A stretch of 63,846 bases of DNA, filler included, from Octopus bimaculoides (Eukaryota): the NCBI RefSeq assembly GCF_001194135.2. It is 6 parts of 6 records of this genome, joined end to end, with 100 filler letters (N's around TTAATTAATTAA, not from the genome) between each part and the next. Parts side by side here need not be neighbours in the genome. Positions count along the whole stretch, not along the records: positions 1 to 8,699 come from NC_068987.1; positions 8,800 to 14,441 come from NW_026348436.1; 4 more parts are not named here. One strand, 5' to 3'. Below the pieces are notes generated by a model, which saw only the letters and a program-made list of their open reading frames with translations, had not been told where the DNA came from and made no database searches. Below are positions 1 to 10,033 of the stretch, in pieces (within the stretch, counting starts at the first letter, position 1; every line of letters begins with the position of its first letter). The position numbers and the translations under genes were made by a program.

Positions 1-629
1 ATTAATCGGATTGGTTTTAGTAGTTATCTATTTGAAAAAATAGCCACGAAACGTAGTCATTTTATACCATTTACTCGTCATTCTTTTATGTATTTTATTT
101 ATTTTTTGAATAAGGTTTTTAAGATATATTTATTTTCTAGAAGGTATGAATTACATTCTTCTTTATTGAATTATTTAATAGTGGTTTTTCTCTAAATTAT
201 ATGCGTATTTTATATTGGAAAATTTGATTTATTATTGCTAAATTGAATTTTTCCCTGTAAGATTTGGACTTTATTCCCTAATATTATTATTATACATACA
301 TATATATGTACACATATATCTAGACATATATACATGCATACATATATTTATACATATAATATACATACGTATATAAATACACATATATACAAAGTGCTCT
401 TAGCTTAGATTTTCCTTGGGGCTGGCCAGATTGGAGCAGTCTCGAGTACAACCGGCCGAAACTGCAAATATAATCCGGAACTCGACTGAGGAAAGAAAAC
501 TCTGAATGACCCGACTTTGTTTTTTCTTGCCCCTGTTTTGTCCCTGTCTGGATGTTTTGCGTTCTGTCCCATTTTTTGTATTCTTTTTTATATACATACA
601 TATATACATATATGCGTATAAATCTATGT

Positions 630-632
<3 letters not shown>

Positions 633-728
<96 letters not shown>

Positions 729-778
729 CACATATGCATACACATCTATCTATCTATCTATCTATCTATCTATATCTA

Positions 779-850
<72 letters not shown>
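633..850. repeat. (TA)n plus (TCTA)n microsatellite block
   Basis: Directly visible; source of the YIYIY/LSIY pseudo-ORFs. Confidence 0.97.
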
Positions 851-851
<1 letters not shown>

Positions 852-999
852 GTGCAGATGTATAAACACATATATACATGTATATATGTGATATAATAGT
901 GTCAGTATTAATGTTTTCACTACGAATATATTAAATACATACTGAAAGTATTAATAGTGAAAGAATTAAACTGAAAGTATTATCTTACATTACAATAGA

Positions 1000-1232
1000 G
1001 ATGTTATTGTTTCACTTTTGACATGTAATATTGAAACAGTGTAAGAGATAAGAGTTTGTTCCGGGCTCGCATAAGGCAAGAGTTGAAACGTCTTTTGACC
1101 CATAAGACTGCATGGACCCGAAGTAAGGTATGCGTAAAATTTGAATGAAATCGGTTGGGTAGTTCTCGAGTTTTTGTGATGCACAATACAGACACACAGT
1201 CAATCAGACATTCTCAATTTTATATATACAGA
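1000..1232 (-). mobile_element. Non-autonomous Helitron 5' end
   Basis: Minus strand begins A|TCtgtatatataaaattgagaatgtctgattgactgtgtgtctg...aactacccaaccgatttcattcaaattt, the typical 5'-TC, TA-rich, (GTCT)-like start of invertebrate Helitrons. No 3' CTAG end found. Confidence 0.55.
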
Positions 1233-1327
1233 TACTTTATATGATATCGTTATATATGATTAATGTATAATTTACTAACGTGAATAATTATTTCTCGTTT
1301 AAATATGGTTTGTGGCAGCTGAATTTT

Positions 1328-1354
1328 CGTTTTTTTTTCTTTTGTCTATTGCAG
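1328..1354 (+). promoter_or_regulatory. 3' splice acceptor of the fucosyltransferase terminal exon
   Basis: cgtttttttttcttttgtctattgcag| polypyrimidine tract plus CAG, directly before the homologous reading frame (phase 2). Confidence 0.88.
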
Positions 1355-1676
1355 CTATAATGTTATTCCAATTGTAATGGGTGCCCATCCTGACGACTAT
1401 CGTGAAGCAGCACCCGAGAAGTCATACATCCACTACGAGGATTTCAAATCCCCAAAAGAATTGGCAGGTTATCTGCATAAACTTGATAAAAATGATACTC
1501 TTTATAATGAGTATTTCAAATGGAAAGGAACAGGAGAATTTATTGATACCAAACTTTGGTGTCGTGTTTGTGCGATGCTACATGCTGCCGATTATTACAA
1601 GCCAACATGGTATGAAAACATAGGGGAATGGTGGGTAGGAAAAGGTCAGTGTATGGGAAAGGACCGGTGGACGTAA
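1355..1676 (+). CDS. FucTA: Terminal coding exon of alpha-1,3-fucosyltransferase (GT10, core alpha-1,3-FucT/FucTA-like)
   Basis: Translates YNVIPIVMGAHPDDYREAAPEKSYIHYEDFKSPKELAGYLHKLDKNDTLYNEYFKWKGTGEFIDTKLWCRVCAMLH...*. This matches the GT10 C-terminus (VPIVMG, SYIHxxDFxSPKELAxYL, LYNEYFxW, WCRxC); KWKGTGEFI is recognisable from insect FucTA. Upstream exons lie outside the window. The symbol comes from recalled similarity, not an orthology test. Confidence 0.92.
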
Positions 1677-1701
1677 AATATAGGATATTGTGATATAATG
1701 T

Positions 1702-1734
1702 CCCTAACCCTAACCCTAACCCTAACCCTAACCC
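1702..1734. repeat. Interstitial telomeric repeat (CCCTAA)5
   Basis: Five perfect CCCTAA units plus CCC, 25 nt after the FucT stop codon. Confidence 0.95.
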
Positions 1735-1988
1735 CACTCTCTGCCGCCTATTATTTATGTTTGGAAATTAAAATATTGGAGAGCCTGAAAAGGTCATTTG
1801 CTGGCATTTATCCACAGTGATTTTTAAAAAATCCCAGAGATGTACTTGCATAGCAAGTGACTTCATCTGAGATCGTGTGCTGAAACGAAAATATTGCAAC
1901 GTGGAAGATGTTTCTAAGCCATTCAAGAACATACAAAAACAATTAGTTTCACTTCAACATTTAAATTTAATTTGTGTAAAAATATTTT

Positions 1989-2086
1989 CGTCGCTTTGAA
2001 ACTGCGACCTCTTCACTGACAAAACTTCACAAAAGTGATGCAGCACGAAGTTTTCTCAGTGGACAGGTCACGGTTTCAAAGCGACG
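1989..2086. repeat. 40-bp inverted repeat with 18-nt loop
   Basis: Arm 1989-2028 vs reverse complement of 2047-2086: 35/40 identical; two of the five differences are G-U compatible on the + strand. Confidence 0.9.
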
Positions 2087-3671
2087 GTGGAGGTAAAAAT
2101 TTAGATTACAATTTATTTCATACTTCGGTTTCATCATTCCATAAAATATGTTTAATGGGAGAAAAATATTGAATTAAAAAAAAAAAAAATTAACAACCAA
2201 GTGCCCTGAAATTTATATTATTTGTAAAAATACTGCCCTGTGGATGGTTTGCCATCATGCTAGATGGTCTGGCATCAGTCAAGTACCCTAAAATTTAAAA
2301 TGCATTTCATAGACAAATGAAGGACTCTTCAAGAAGCATCTGTAAAATTATCTAAGGAGTACCATAGGATGCTAGAAATAGCAGCCAAATACACTGAAAT
2401 TTGTTTTTTGTTTTTCATAGAAGAAGAGAGGACAGTTTAAAAAGTTACAGTAAAAATATTGTCCTACAGGTAATGCTATATCATGCTAGAAATAACAGTC
2501 AGTGTCCCTCAAATTTGCATTTTTGATTCNNNNNNNNNNNNNNNNNNNNNNNNNNNNNNNNNNNNNNNNNNNNNNNNNNNNNNNNNNNNNNNNNNNNNNN
2601 NNNNNNNNNNNNNNNNNNNNNNNNNNNNNNNNNNNNNNNNNNNNNNNNNNNNNNNNNNNNNNNNNNNNNNNNNNNNNNNNNNNNNNNNNNNNNNNNNNNN
2701 NNNNNNNNNNNNNNNNNNNNNNNNNNNNNNNNNNNNNNNNNNNNNNNNNNNNNNNNNNNNNNNNNNNNNNNNNNNNNNNNNNNNNNNNNNNNNNNNNNNN
2801 NNNNNNNNNNNNNNNNNNNNNNNNNNNNNNNNNNNNNNNNNNNNNNNNNNNNNNNNNNNNNNNNNNNNCTTTATAATTGTCCATAATTGAGACAGTCACT
2901 AAGATAGAGCGTGGAGAAGCGGTGATCTGCACCTCTGTGTATCTTATCGACATTGGTTATCAACATTGCATAGATGACAAAGGTAAGTACGTCGACTGCA
3001 TACCACAGTTGGGCCGCCTGAATGACACTCAAGCAATGTCCGCTGATGAGAACCAGTCAGTGATTATGAAGAGGTGTCTCACCAATCCACGAGTCTCCCC
3101 CCCCCCCATTGTTGGAGCCCCAAAATCGGCCCTACTTGCCACACCGGTCATTTCGATCAGCAGATGAACGCTCAAGCGTATTTCCTGTAGGTTGCATTAT
3201 GCGCTGTTGCGTGTGGTATCGATCTTAGGTTTATCCTTTAAATGAAGCTTGGACCGTTTCGTGTCCCATCGGTCGACAGATTAACGGTGACCGGCTCCCG
3301 CGTTTTTCATTCACCCATCATTCCACTCAACTCCCAGAGTCATCTGACAGGTCACCGACATCATGATGTTATCTCTCTCTTTCTCTAACCTCTCTCTCTT
3401 TCTCTAACCTTTCTCTCTCTCTCTCTCTCTCAATCTCTCCGTCACTCCCTCCATTGATATGCGCCACCCGGCAATTAACGAAGCTGATTCTCCTATCGAA
3501 AAGAAACCCTTCACAATCGGCAAATAGCTGAGTTGCGTCCAGTTGACGTAGGGTGCAGTTACTTGATGTTACTGCCTCCTGCTGTATTTCGTCGAGATGA
3601 CAATACATATGTTTCCGCCTCACCACACTGACCAAAACTCAAACCGACTCACACAGCTCGTAGTACGAATG

Positions 3672-3709
<38 letters not shown>

Positions 3710-4849
3710 CCCATTGGCGGCAGACTTGTCGATATCGTCCGTAAGTATTTCTTGAATGTAGCAGCGAACTAGTTTGATAAAAGGATTGATCAGTAAGTGG
3801 GATTTATAAAAACATACAACAAACAATTCTTATCTTCTTTATCAGGAAAAAACGAGCCTATACACGGTCGATGAATTGTGAGGTCAAGACACAAATCTCA
3901 GCTAAAACACATTTTAACGTCCTAAACAATGACCGAGAGTATATTTATTGAGGTATTAGATTTGAAAATATGATAATGTAATTTGACCCGAGGCTATTCA
4001 ATTACAGCCTTGTTTAAATTTCCATTTGAGAGCATAGCACCTGTATTCATTTGAAACAGCTTGCCAGTGTGAAGTTTCATAGAGATCGATGCAATAAAAC
4101 AAGCAACTGGTCATACAACAGCACAAGGACTGAGTACACATACACGCGCGCGCACACATGCACATACATACATACACACACACATATATAAATACATTTT
4201 TTCTTTTCTTGTTTCAACTTGAGAGTTGTGGCCGTGCTGGTGCACCGCTGTTTGCTTTGCAATTCATTCACTAAACCTTCTGTGATATGTGGTATTTGGT
4301 AGATGAGGGAGTTTGATGTTGCTGTCCTCATCTGCGTTTCTTGCCGTGACGTAGCTTCGTTCGGAACTCTTGACAGAAGATCCAATTGTGGTTTGAAGAC
4401 CCCCAAGATGTTGATATAAAAAAAATCCCGGACTCGTTATAAAACAAAAAAAAACTTATTTACCTGTTTTAACATCATCGCCTTCGAAATTGTCACCTTT
4501 TGCAGCAATATGCCGCTTCCAACAAATGAAGTATGTTTTTAGGTTACTACCAACTGGTATTGAGACGCCATCTCTATCAAACTAGTCTGCCAAGGCGGCA
4601 AGGTCCCTGATTTTGGACTCATAGTGTTCCTTTTCTGATGCTGCTTGCCACACAAAGCTAACGAGTACAGCCTACCCGGAACACTGGTTATTTGAAGGCG
4701 CCAGATACTCGCCTTTTCTCACACTTCTCCTGTTGGTTTGGCGAAGGAGTCAACCAAGGCTGCGGAGCTCTTGCTACCCATAAGTTGGGCCTGCTCCCTT
4801 CGCATTTCTGTGTGTTGGGGACCATGATCCTGATTCTTACTAGGAGATG

Positions 4850-6136
4850 TTATTATTGTTGTTGTTGTTGTTGTTGATATTATTATTATTCCTTCGTAAT
4901 ATAGTGTAGGTAAAAATGCGCCGGAGTCTTTCGTCATCTGTCTAATCACAACAAGGACCTCAGACAGATAATACTTCCCTTAAGATGTGCACTGTGCCCA
5001 ATAAGGCTGTTTTTTGCAAGACATCAATCTTGCATGGAATTTACAGTTGCCTTAAGAGGTTTTGAAGTTTCAATGGGATTGAGCCCAACACACCGATCAC
5101 CACTGGTATCGCTTTTACATTACCCTATCGCATTCCATACAGTCTTGCCATTTCCACTTTCAATTCTGAGTACTTGGTGATTTTTTCAACCTCTTTACTC
5201 ACAACATTCATGTCATTTGATATGGCTGCATCAATGATCTGACACTATTTGCCTCTCTTACTCAATATGACAATATCCGTCCGACGGTGTTCGATTACAG
5301 GATCCGTCTGAAAATCATAGTCCCAGAGTATCATTACTTTTCCATCCTCCTGCATAACTTTACTTGGTATATGCTCACACTAGTTCTCTGTTACTTCATA
5401 TTGGTATTTACGGCATAAGAGCCAATGAAGATACACACACACTTTATCATGGTACCATTTGTACTCTCCTTGTGCAAGGTTCTCACATCCACCTACCAAG
5501 TGGGTCACATTTTCCACACTCTTTCCACAGAGTCTGCATTTCTGGGTGTCAGAAGTTTTATAGATGTTATACTTCACTGAATTGGTAGCGAGAGCCTGGT
5601 CTTGTGCAGTAATGATCAGGCTTTCGGTGGTACGCTCTAAATCACCTCATTATCCTTTATTATTCTTAACGTCATGTGTATTCCCTGCAAACTGTCCAGG
5701 CATTCTCATTTCAAGAAGGTCTTCTTTTCTCTTCGCCTCAGCTCTTTGGTTAAACTCTTCCTTGCCCATCATTTCATCTGCATTTACACCCATATCTTTT
5801 GCGGCATATTGCAGCAGGTCTTCATCACTATTTATCAAATACTCAGCAAGCGTTCTCCTTTCACTCCTTATACAATGGTCTACACTAATTAGTCCTCTGC
5901 CACCATTCTTTCTTTTCATATACAGTCTGTTTACGTTTGCTTTAGGGCGTAGCATCCCATGCAGCATCACCAACTTTCTCGTTCTTCTATCCAATGTTGA
6001 TATTTCCTGCTTAGTCCATTTGAGGATGGACGCACTGTATCTGACCACCGCAACTGCCCAGATATTCATTGCGGTAATCAAATGTTTGGCATTCAGGTTG
6101 GATTTCAGCACCATCTTCACCCTTTGTTGATACGCC
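4850..6136 (-). mobile_element. R4/Dong-like RLE non-LTR retrotransposon, 5'-truncated and degenerate
   Basis: RT thumb (NIWAVAVVRYS...RLYMKRKNGGRGLISV), CCHC knuckle (CRLCGKSVENVTHLVGGC), RLE domain (HRRTDIVI...IIDAAI), ends LQKTALLGTVHILREVISV*, then a short UTR and an (AAT/AAC)n tail. Confidence 0.9.
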
Positions 6137-6179
6137 TTATAATAATAATAATAACAACAATAATAATAATAATGAGCGA

Positions 6180-6632
6180 ATAATGCAGATATTGACAAAG
6201 CCCTTACCCATCAATGACTAATGGCCTCTGGCTTGAAATCAGAAACAGAGGGGTTTATCATAGAAGCCCACGATCAATGTCTATCTACAAAGAACTACCA
6301 GGCCAACATATTAAAGAACGGCAGCTCCCCATTATGTCGCATATGCCAACAACAAAATGAGACCATCGATCATGTTGTCTCCATGTGCAGTCTGCTTGCG
6401 CCTACAGAGTATCTCAACAGGCATGATAGAGCTGCACAATGTATTCACTGGGTAATATGCAAAAACCTGGACTTGCCCCATGATAAAAACTGGTGGGAAC
6501 ACAAACCACCCCAGTACTTGAAAATGATCACATTGCACTCCTCTGGAACTTCACCATTCAAACTGACAGAAAGATAGACGCAAATAGGCCAGACATCATA
6601 CTGAAAGACTTCAGACAAAAATCATGCCTCCT
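6180..6632 (+). mobile_element. Second R4/Dong-like fragment (zinc knuckle to start of RLE), opposite orientation
   Basis: GLKSETEGFIIEAHDQ...CRICQQQNETIDHVVSMC...YLNRHDRAAQCIHW...NRPDII; preceded by an (AAT)n tract at 6138-6173. Confidence 0.88.
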
Positions 6633-6644
6633 CATAATAATATA

Positions 6645-6810
6645 AAGGCAGCAAACTGGCAGAATTCTTAGCACGTTGGGAGAAATGCTTTGCAGCATTT
6701 CATTTGTCTTCGAGTTCTGAGTTAAAATTCGGCCAATGTTGACTGTCTCTTATCGTTCAAGGATCGATAAAATAAGAACCAGTTGAACACTGGGATCGAT
6801 CTAATCAACT
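6645..6810 (+). mobile_element. tRNA-derived SINE family A copy
   Basis: Degenerate match to the ggcggcgagctggcagaatcgttagc...gagttcaaattcc...gtcgactttgcctttcatcc family. Other copies at about 17215-17365, 28301-28515, 31752-31950, 37955-38292, 42520-42735, 43888-44350, 56281-56489 and 61675-61847. Confidence 0.8.
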
Positions 6811-7476
6811 GATATCATCCTTGGAACTTGCTGGCACTGTTCCAATATTTGAAATTATTATTATTGTCTTTCGTCAAAGGTTTTGCAATATTTTGGTAAC
6901 TTATTTGCTTCATTCTTCAACTTACAACAATAGCAGTCTGGTATTCAAAGTTGAGTCTACTGTGTTGTACTGTCTGAAGGCACCTTCCAGCCAGTTCTTT
7001 GATCCCACGCTGATACTAGTTTGGTCGCTCCTGGGCCATAGTAGCAGACACCCAACGCGTGACACACAAAACGACTGAAGCTAGAACCATGGGGATGGGA
7101 AGCAACTTCTTACCAAAAAAAGCTACGTTTGGCCCTACACACACACGCATACATACGCGCACGCGCGTGTATTTATGTATTTATCCAAGAATGCGTACAT
7201 GCATACATACGTGTGTTTGTGTTTGTGTGGTGGTGGTGTGGGTGTGTGTGTGTGTTCAGCAATATGGGATGAGTATTGTTAATGATGGTCCTGTTTGGTT
7301 AATTTGAAATACCAGCGGTTTAACTAGGCGAAAACAGATGATTTGACGACACACAGACAAACAGACAAAGAGGGGATCTAGATGAGAAACAGCAATTTAT
7401 AATTTCTAACGGTCTTATCGGACCGAAAATCATGCCTGTACTTTCCTTCATCCGTAAAACTCTGTTCTAGATAATA

Positions 7477-8180
7477 GGGGTTGTATTCCAGAAGTTTTGA
7501 GACTTCTTTATAATAGAAGCAGTTATGAATGTCCTAAATTATTTTAATTCCTTATGTCACTTTAATGCATCTAATAAGCTGACCTGCTAACTTTTGTTAT
7601 TCCAGATCGAAGGACGTGGCTTTAACAGCATTTTAGACAGACCCTACTAAACATTGCTTGTCACAGTTGATTAGTTTGCAGAATGTAATCAAAATGTGAA
7701 ATCAATTTGGGTGATCGATACGTAATAAAATTTGTGTTAAACTGGACCAAAATGCATCAGAAACGTCAACAAGCAATATTTTCTAGAGGTTTAGGAGTTC
7801 AGGTAGATATTTTCTCGCAAAAGACCAGAGCTCTTCCACTCGCGTCAGTAACAGTTGCACGAGGACGATGTACAAGTCCAAAATTCCATCGTAGTTACCT
7901 ACCGTTTCATAGAGATGGGCATCACATATGTCCTTCACCCTCCCTACAGTCCAAACCGTGATTTCTGAAGTTTTGGTTGTCCCCCAAGCTGAACGAGAAG
8001 ATGAAGGGTCCCGAAAACGTTCACTTTGGGAGCTTTCCAAAGGGCCTTCACAAAGTGGCTTGGACACCAAAACAAGTGCATTGAAGTCAGAGGCTCCCAC
8101 TTTGAAGTGTATTAGAGTATTGTACTTCTTTGAAATTAATAAATGTTACTCCTTAAAACTTTTGAAATACACACCTTCTA
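7477..8180 (+). mobile_element. Internally deleted mariner
   Basis: GITYVLHPPYSPN motif and C-terminal FQRAFTKWLGHQNKCIEVRGSHFE; degenerate TIRs flanked by TA. Confidence 0.75.
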
Positions 8181-8652
8181 TATAATGCACTCGCTTTGAT
8201 CAATTGTCTCACAACTTGAGTGCGAGTATCACCTCTCACACATAAGAGTGCCATCATCGTTCTTTCTCTCTCTCCACCAGACTTAAAGACCTCCTGTGTG
8301 GGGCAACCTTCAACAACATTTCAGCTCTCTCATCCACCTTCAAAGTCGGCTGCCTTCGCTATTCGTATCTGGCTATTATTGTTGCTGTCTTCAGGCCGAA
8401 AGTCCACTATTTCATCCCTGCAGCAGCTCTACTTGACCAGTTGCTTCTATTGTTCAACTTTGACTGACCACTGTCACACAGACAGAAACAATGGCTACGT
8501 GTAGATAGAGAGAGAGAGATAAAGCGGGGAAGGAAAAAGAAAGAGAAAGGGGAGAAAGTAGGACCGAACAGTTTGATAGACAGGTTGAATATATATGCGT
8601 GTGTGTTTGTGTATACACACATATATATACATACATATATATATGTATGTAT

Positions 8653-8699
<47 letters not shown>

Positions 8700-8743
8700 N
8701 NNNNNNNNNNNNNNNNNNNNNNNNNNNNNNNNNNNNNNNNNNN

Positions 8744-8755
8744 TTAATTAATTAA
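8744..8755. other. Assembly linker TTAATTAATTAA inside N gaps
   Basis: Identical palindromic 12-mer with a stop in all six frames, embedded in Ns at 8744, 14486, 17742, 25693 and 53710. Confidence 0.95.
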
Positions 8756-8871
8756 NNNNNNNNNNNNNNNNNNNNNNNNNNNNNNNNNNNNNNNNNNNNT
8801 ATATATGTATATATTCATATATAGTATGTATATATACAAATATAGTATGTATATATATATAGAATATATGT

Positions 8872-9014
8872 AGTAAGTAACTTGCTTACCAACCACACGG
8901 TTCCGGGTTAGGTCCCACAGTGTGGCACGTTGGGCAAGTGTCTTGTATTTTAGCCTCAGCCCGACCAAATCCTTGTGAGTGGATTTGTTAGACAGAAACG
9001 GAAAGAAGCCCGTC

Positions 9015-9076
<62 letters not shown>

Positions 9077-9220
9077 TTGTGTGTGTGTGTATAGCAGTTC
9101 GGCAAAAGAGCCGATAGAATAACTACTAAGCTTACAAAGAATACGTCGTGGGGTCGATTTGTTCGAGTAAAAGCGGTGCTATAGCATGGTCGCAGTCAAA
9201 TGACTGAAACAAATAAAAGA
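8872..9220 (+). mobile_element. SINE family B (CORE-like central segment) copy
   Basis: tRNA-like head, gtggcac(c)ttgggcaagtgtctt segment, internal (TA)/(TG) microsatellite and tail ending gcagtcaaatgactgaaacaa. Fragments at 14180-14370, 28015-28185, 34030-34180, 41085-41240, 42800-43070, 53766-53950 and 58415-58590. Confidence 0.85.
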
Positions 9221-9457
9221 ATATATATATATGTATGTAGATATACATATATAGTGTGTGTATATACATACATATATATATATATGTATACTATATGTAT
9301 GTATAAACATCATACGTATGTATATATATATATATACATATATAGTATATATATGCATATATGTATAAATACATATATACTATGTATATATAGTATGTAT
9401 ATATACATATATAGTATGCATCTATATATACATATATAGTATATATATATATATATA

Positions 9458-9487
<30 letters not shown>

Positions 9488-9490
<3 letters not shown>

Positions 9491-9676
9491 GGAGAATATA
9501 CAAAAAATAACAACAGACGAGGACAGGTGGTGTAAATAACAAAAGTATATATTAGTATGACGCTCGGGAATACGGAAAGTCTTTGACGTTTCGAGCTACG
9601 CTCTTCAACAGAAAGAATACGGAGACAAGGAGAAAAACACGGAGAAAAAAAATTGAATAGTGTTCAGTCAACGGTC
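9488..9676 (-). mobile_element. Penelope-type pLTR-like repeat, family D
   Basis: Nearly identical to 58220-58410; related copies at 41548-41790 and 58975-59125; carries a hammerhead fold. Confidence 0.75.
9580..9616 (-). ncRNA. Minimal type-I hammerhead-like ribozyme, A6U variant
   Basis: TCTTT-CTGTTGA-A-GAGC-GTA-GCTC-GAA-ACGT-C-AAAGA: stem I 5 bp, stem II 4 bp, palindromic ACGT stem III, GUC site. Confidence 0.65.
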
Positions 9677-9814
9677 ATAGTTTGTGTATATATTGTATGT
9701 ATGTGTATATATATGCATGTGAATATATAGATATATATGTGTGGATGTATGCATGGATTTGTAAAATGTGTGTATACGTATGTATCCGGTGTGACAATTC
9801 CTGAATCTTCAGCG

Positions 9815-9849
<35 letters not shown>

Positions 9850-9994
9850 CTTATTCGGCCCACTGTATCAACACCTCCCGTATGTTAGAATGTAAGTGTA
9901 TAAGAATTATTCATATCAGCGCTAGATAATTACACACATAGTGTACTAGCTCGCATACATGCATGCACGCACTCATGAGTGTATGTGTATATTA

Positions 9995-10033
<39 letters not shown>

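Noticed and set aside
380-590. ctgaggaaagaaaactctgaatgac as a hammerhead
   Set aside because: CUGAGGA is present but GAAA, stem III and stem I are not recoverable; at most a decayed pLTR-like repeat.
320-896. Long ORFs rich in YI/HT/CV/LS, here and throughout the window
   Set aside because: Translations of di-, tri- and tetranucleotide microsatellites or of N gaps; no coding signal.
3245-3285. Minus-strand ctgtcga...cgaaacggtc as a hammerhead variant
   Set aside because: No stem I or stem II pairing.
8744-8755. Recurrent TTAATTAATTAA palindrome (five sites)
   Set aside because: Always isolated within N runs and stops all six frames; an assembly spacer, not biology.
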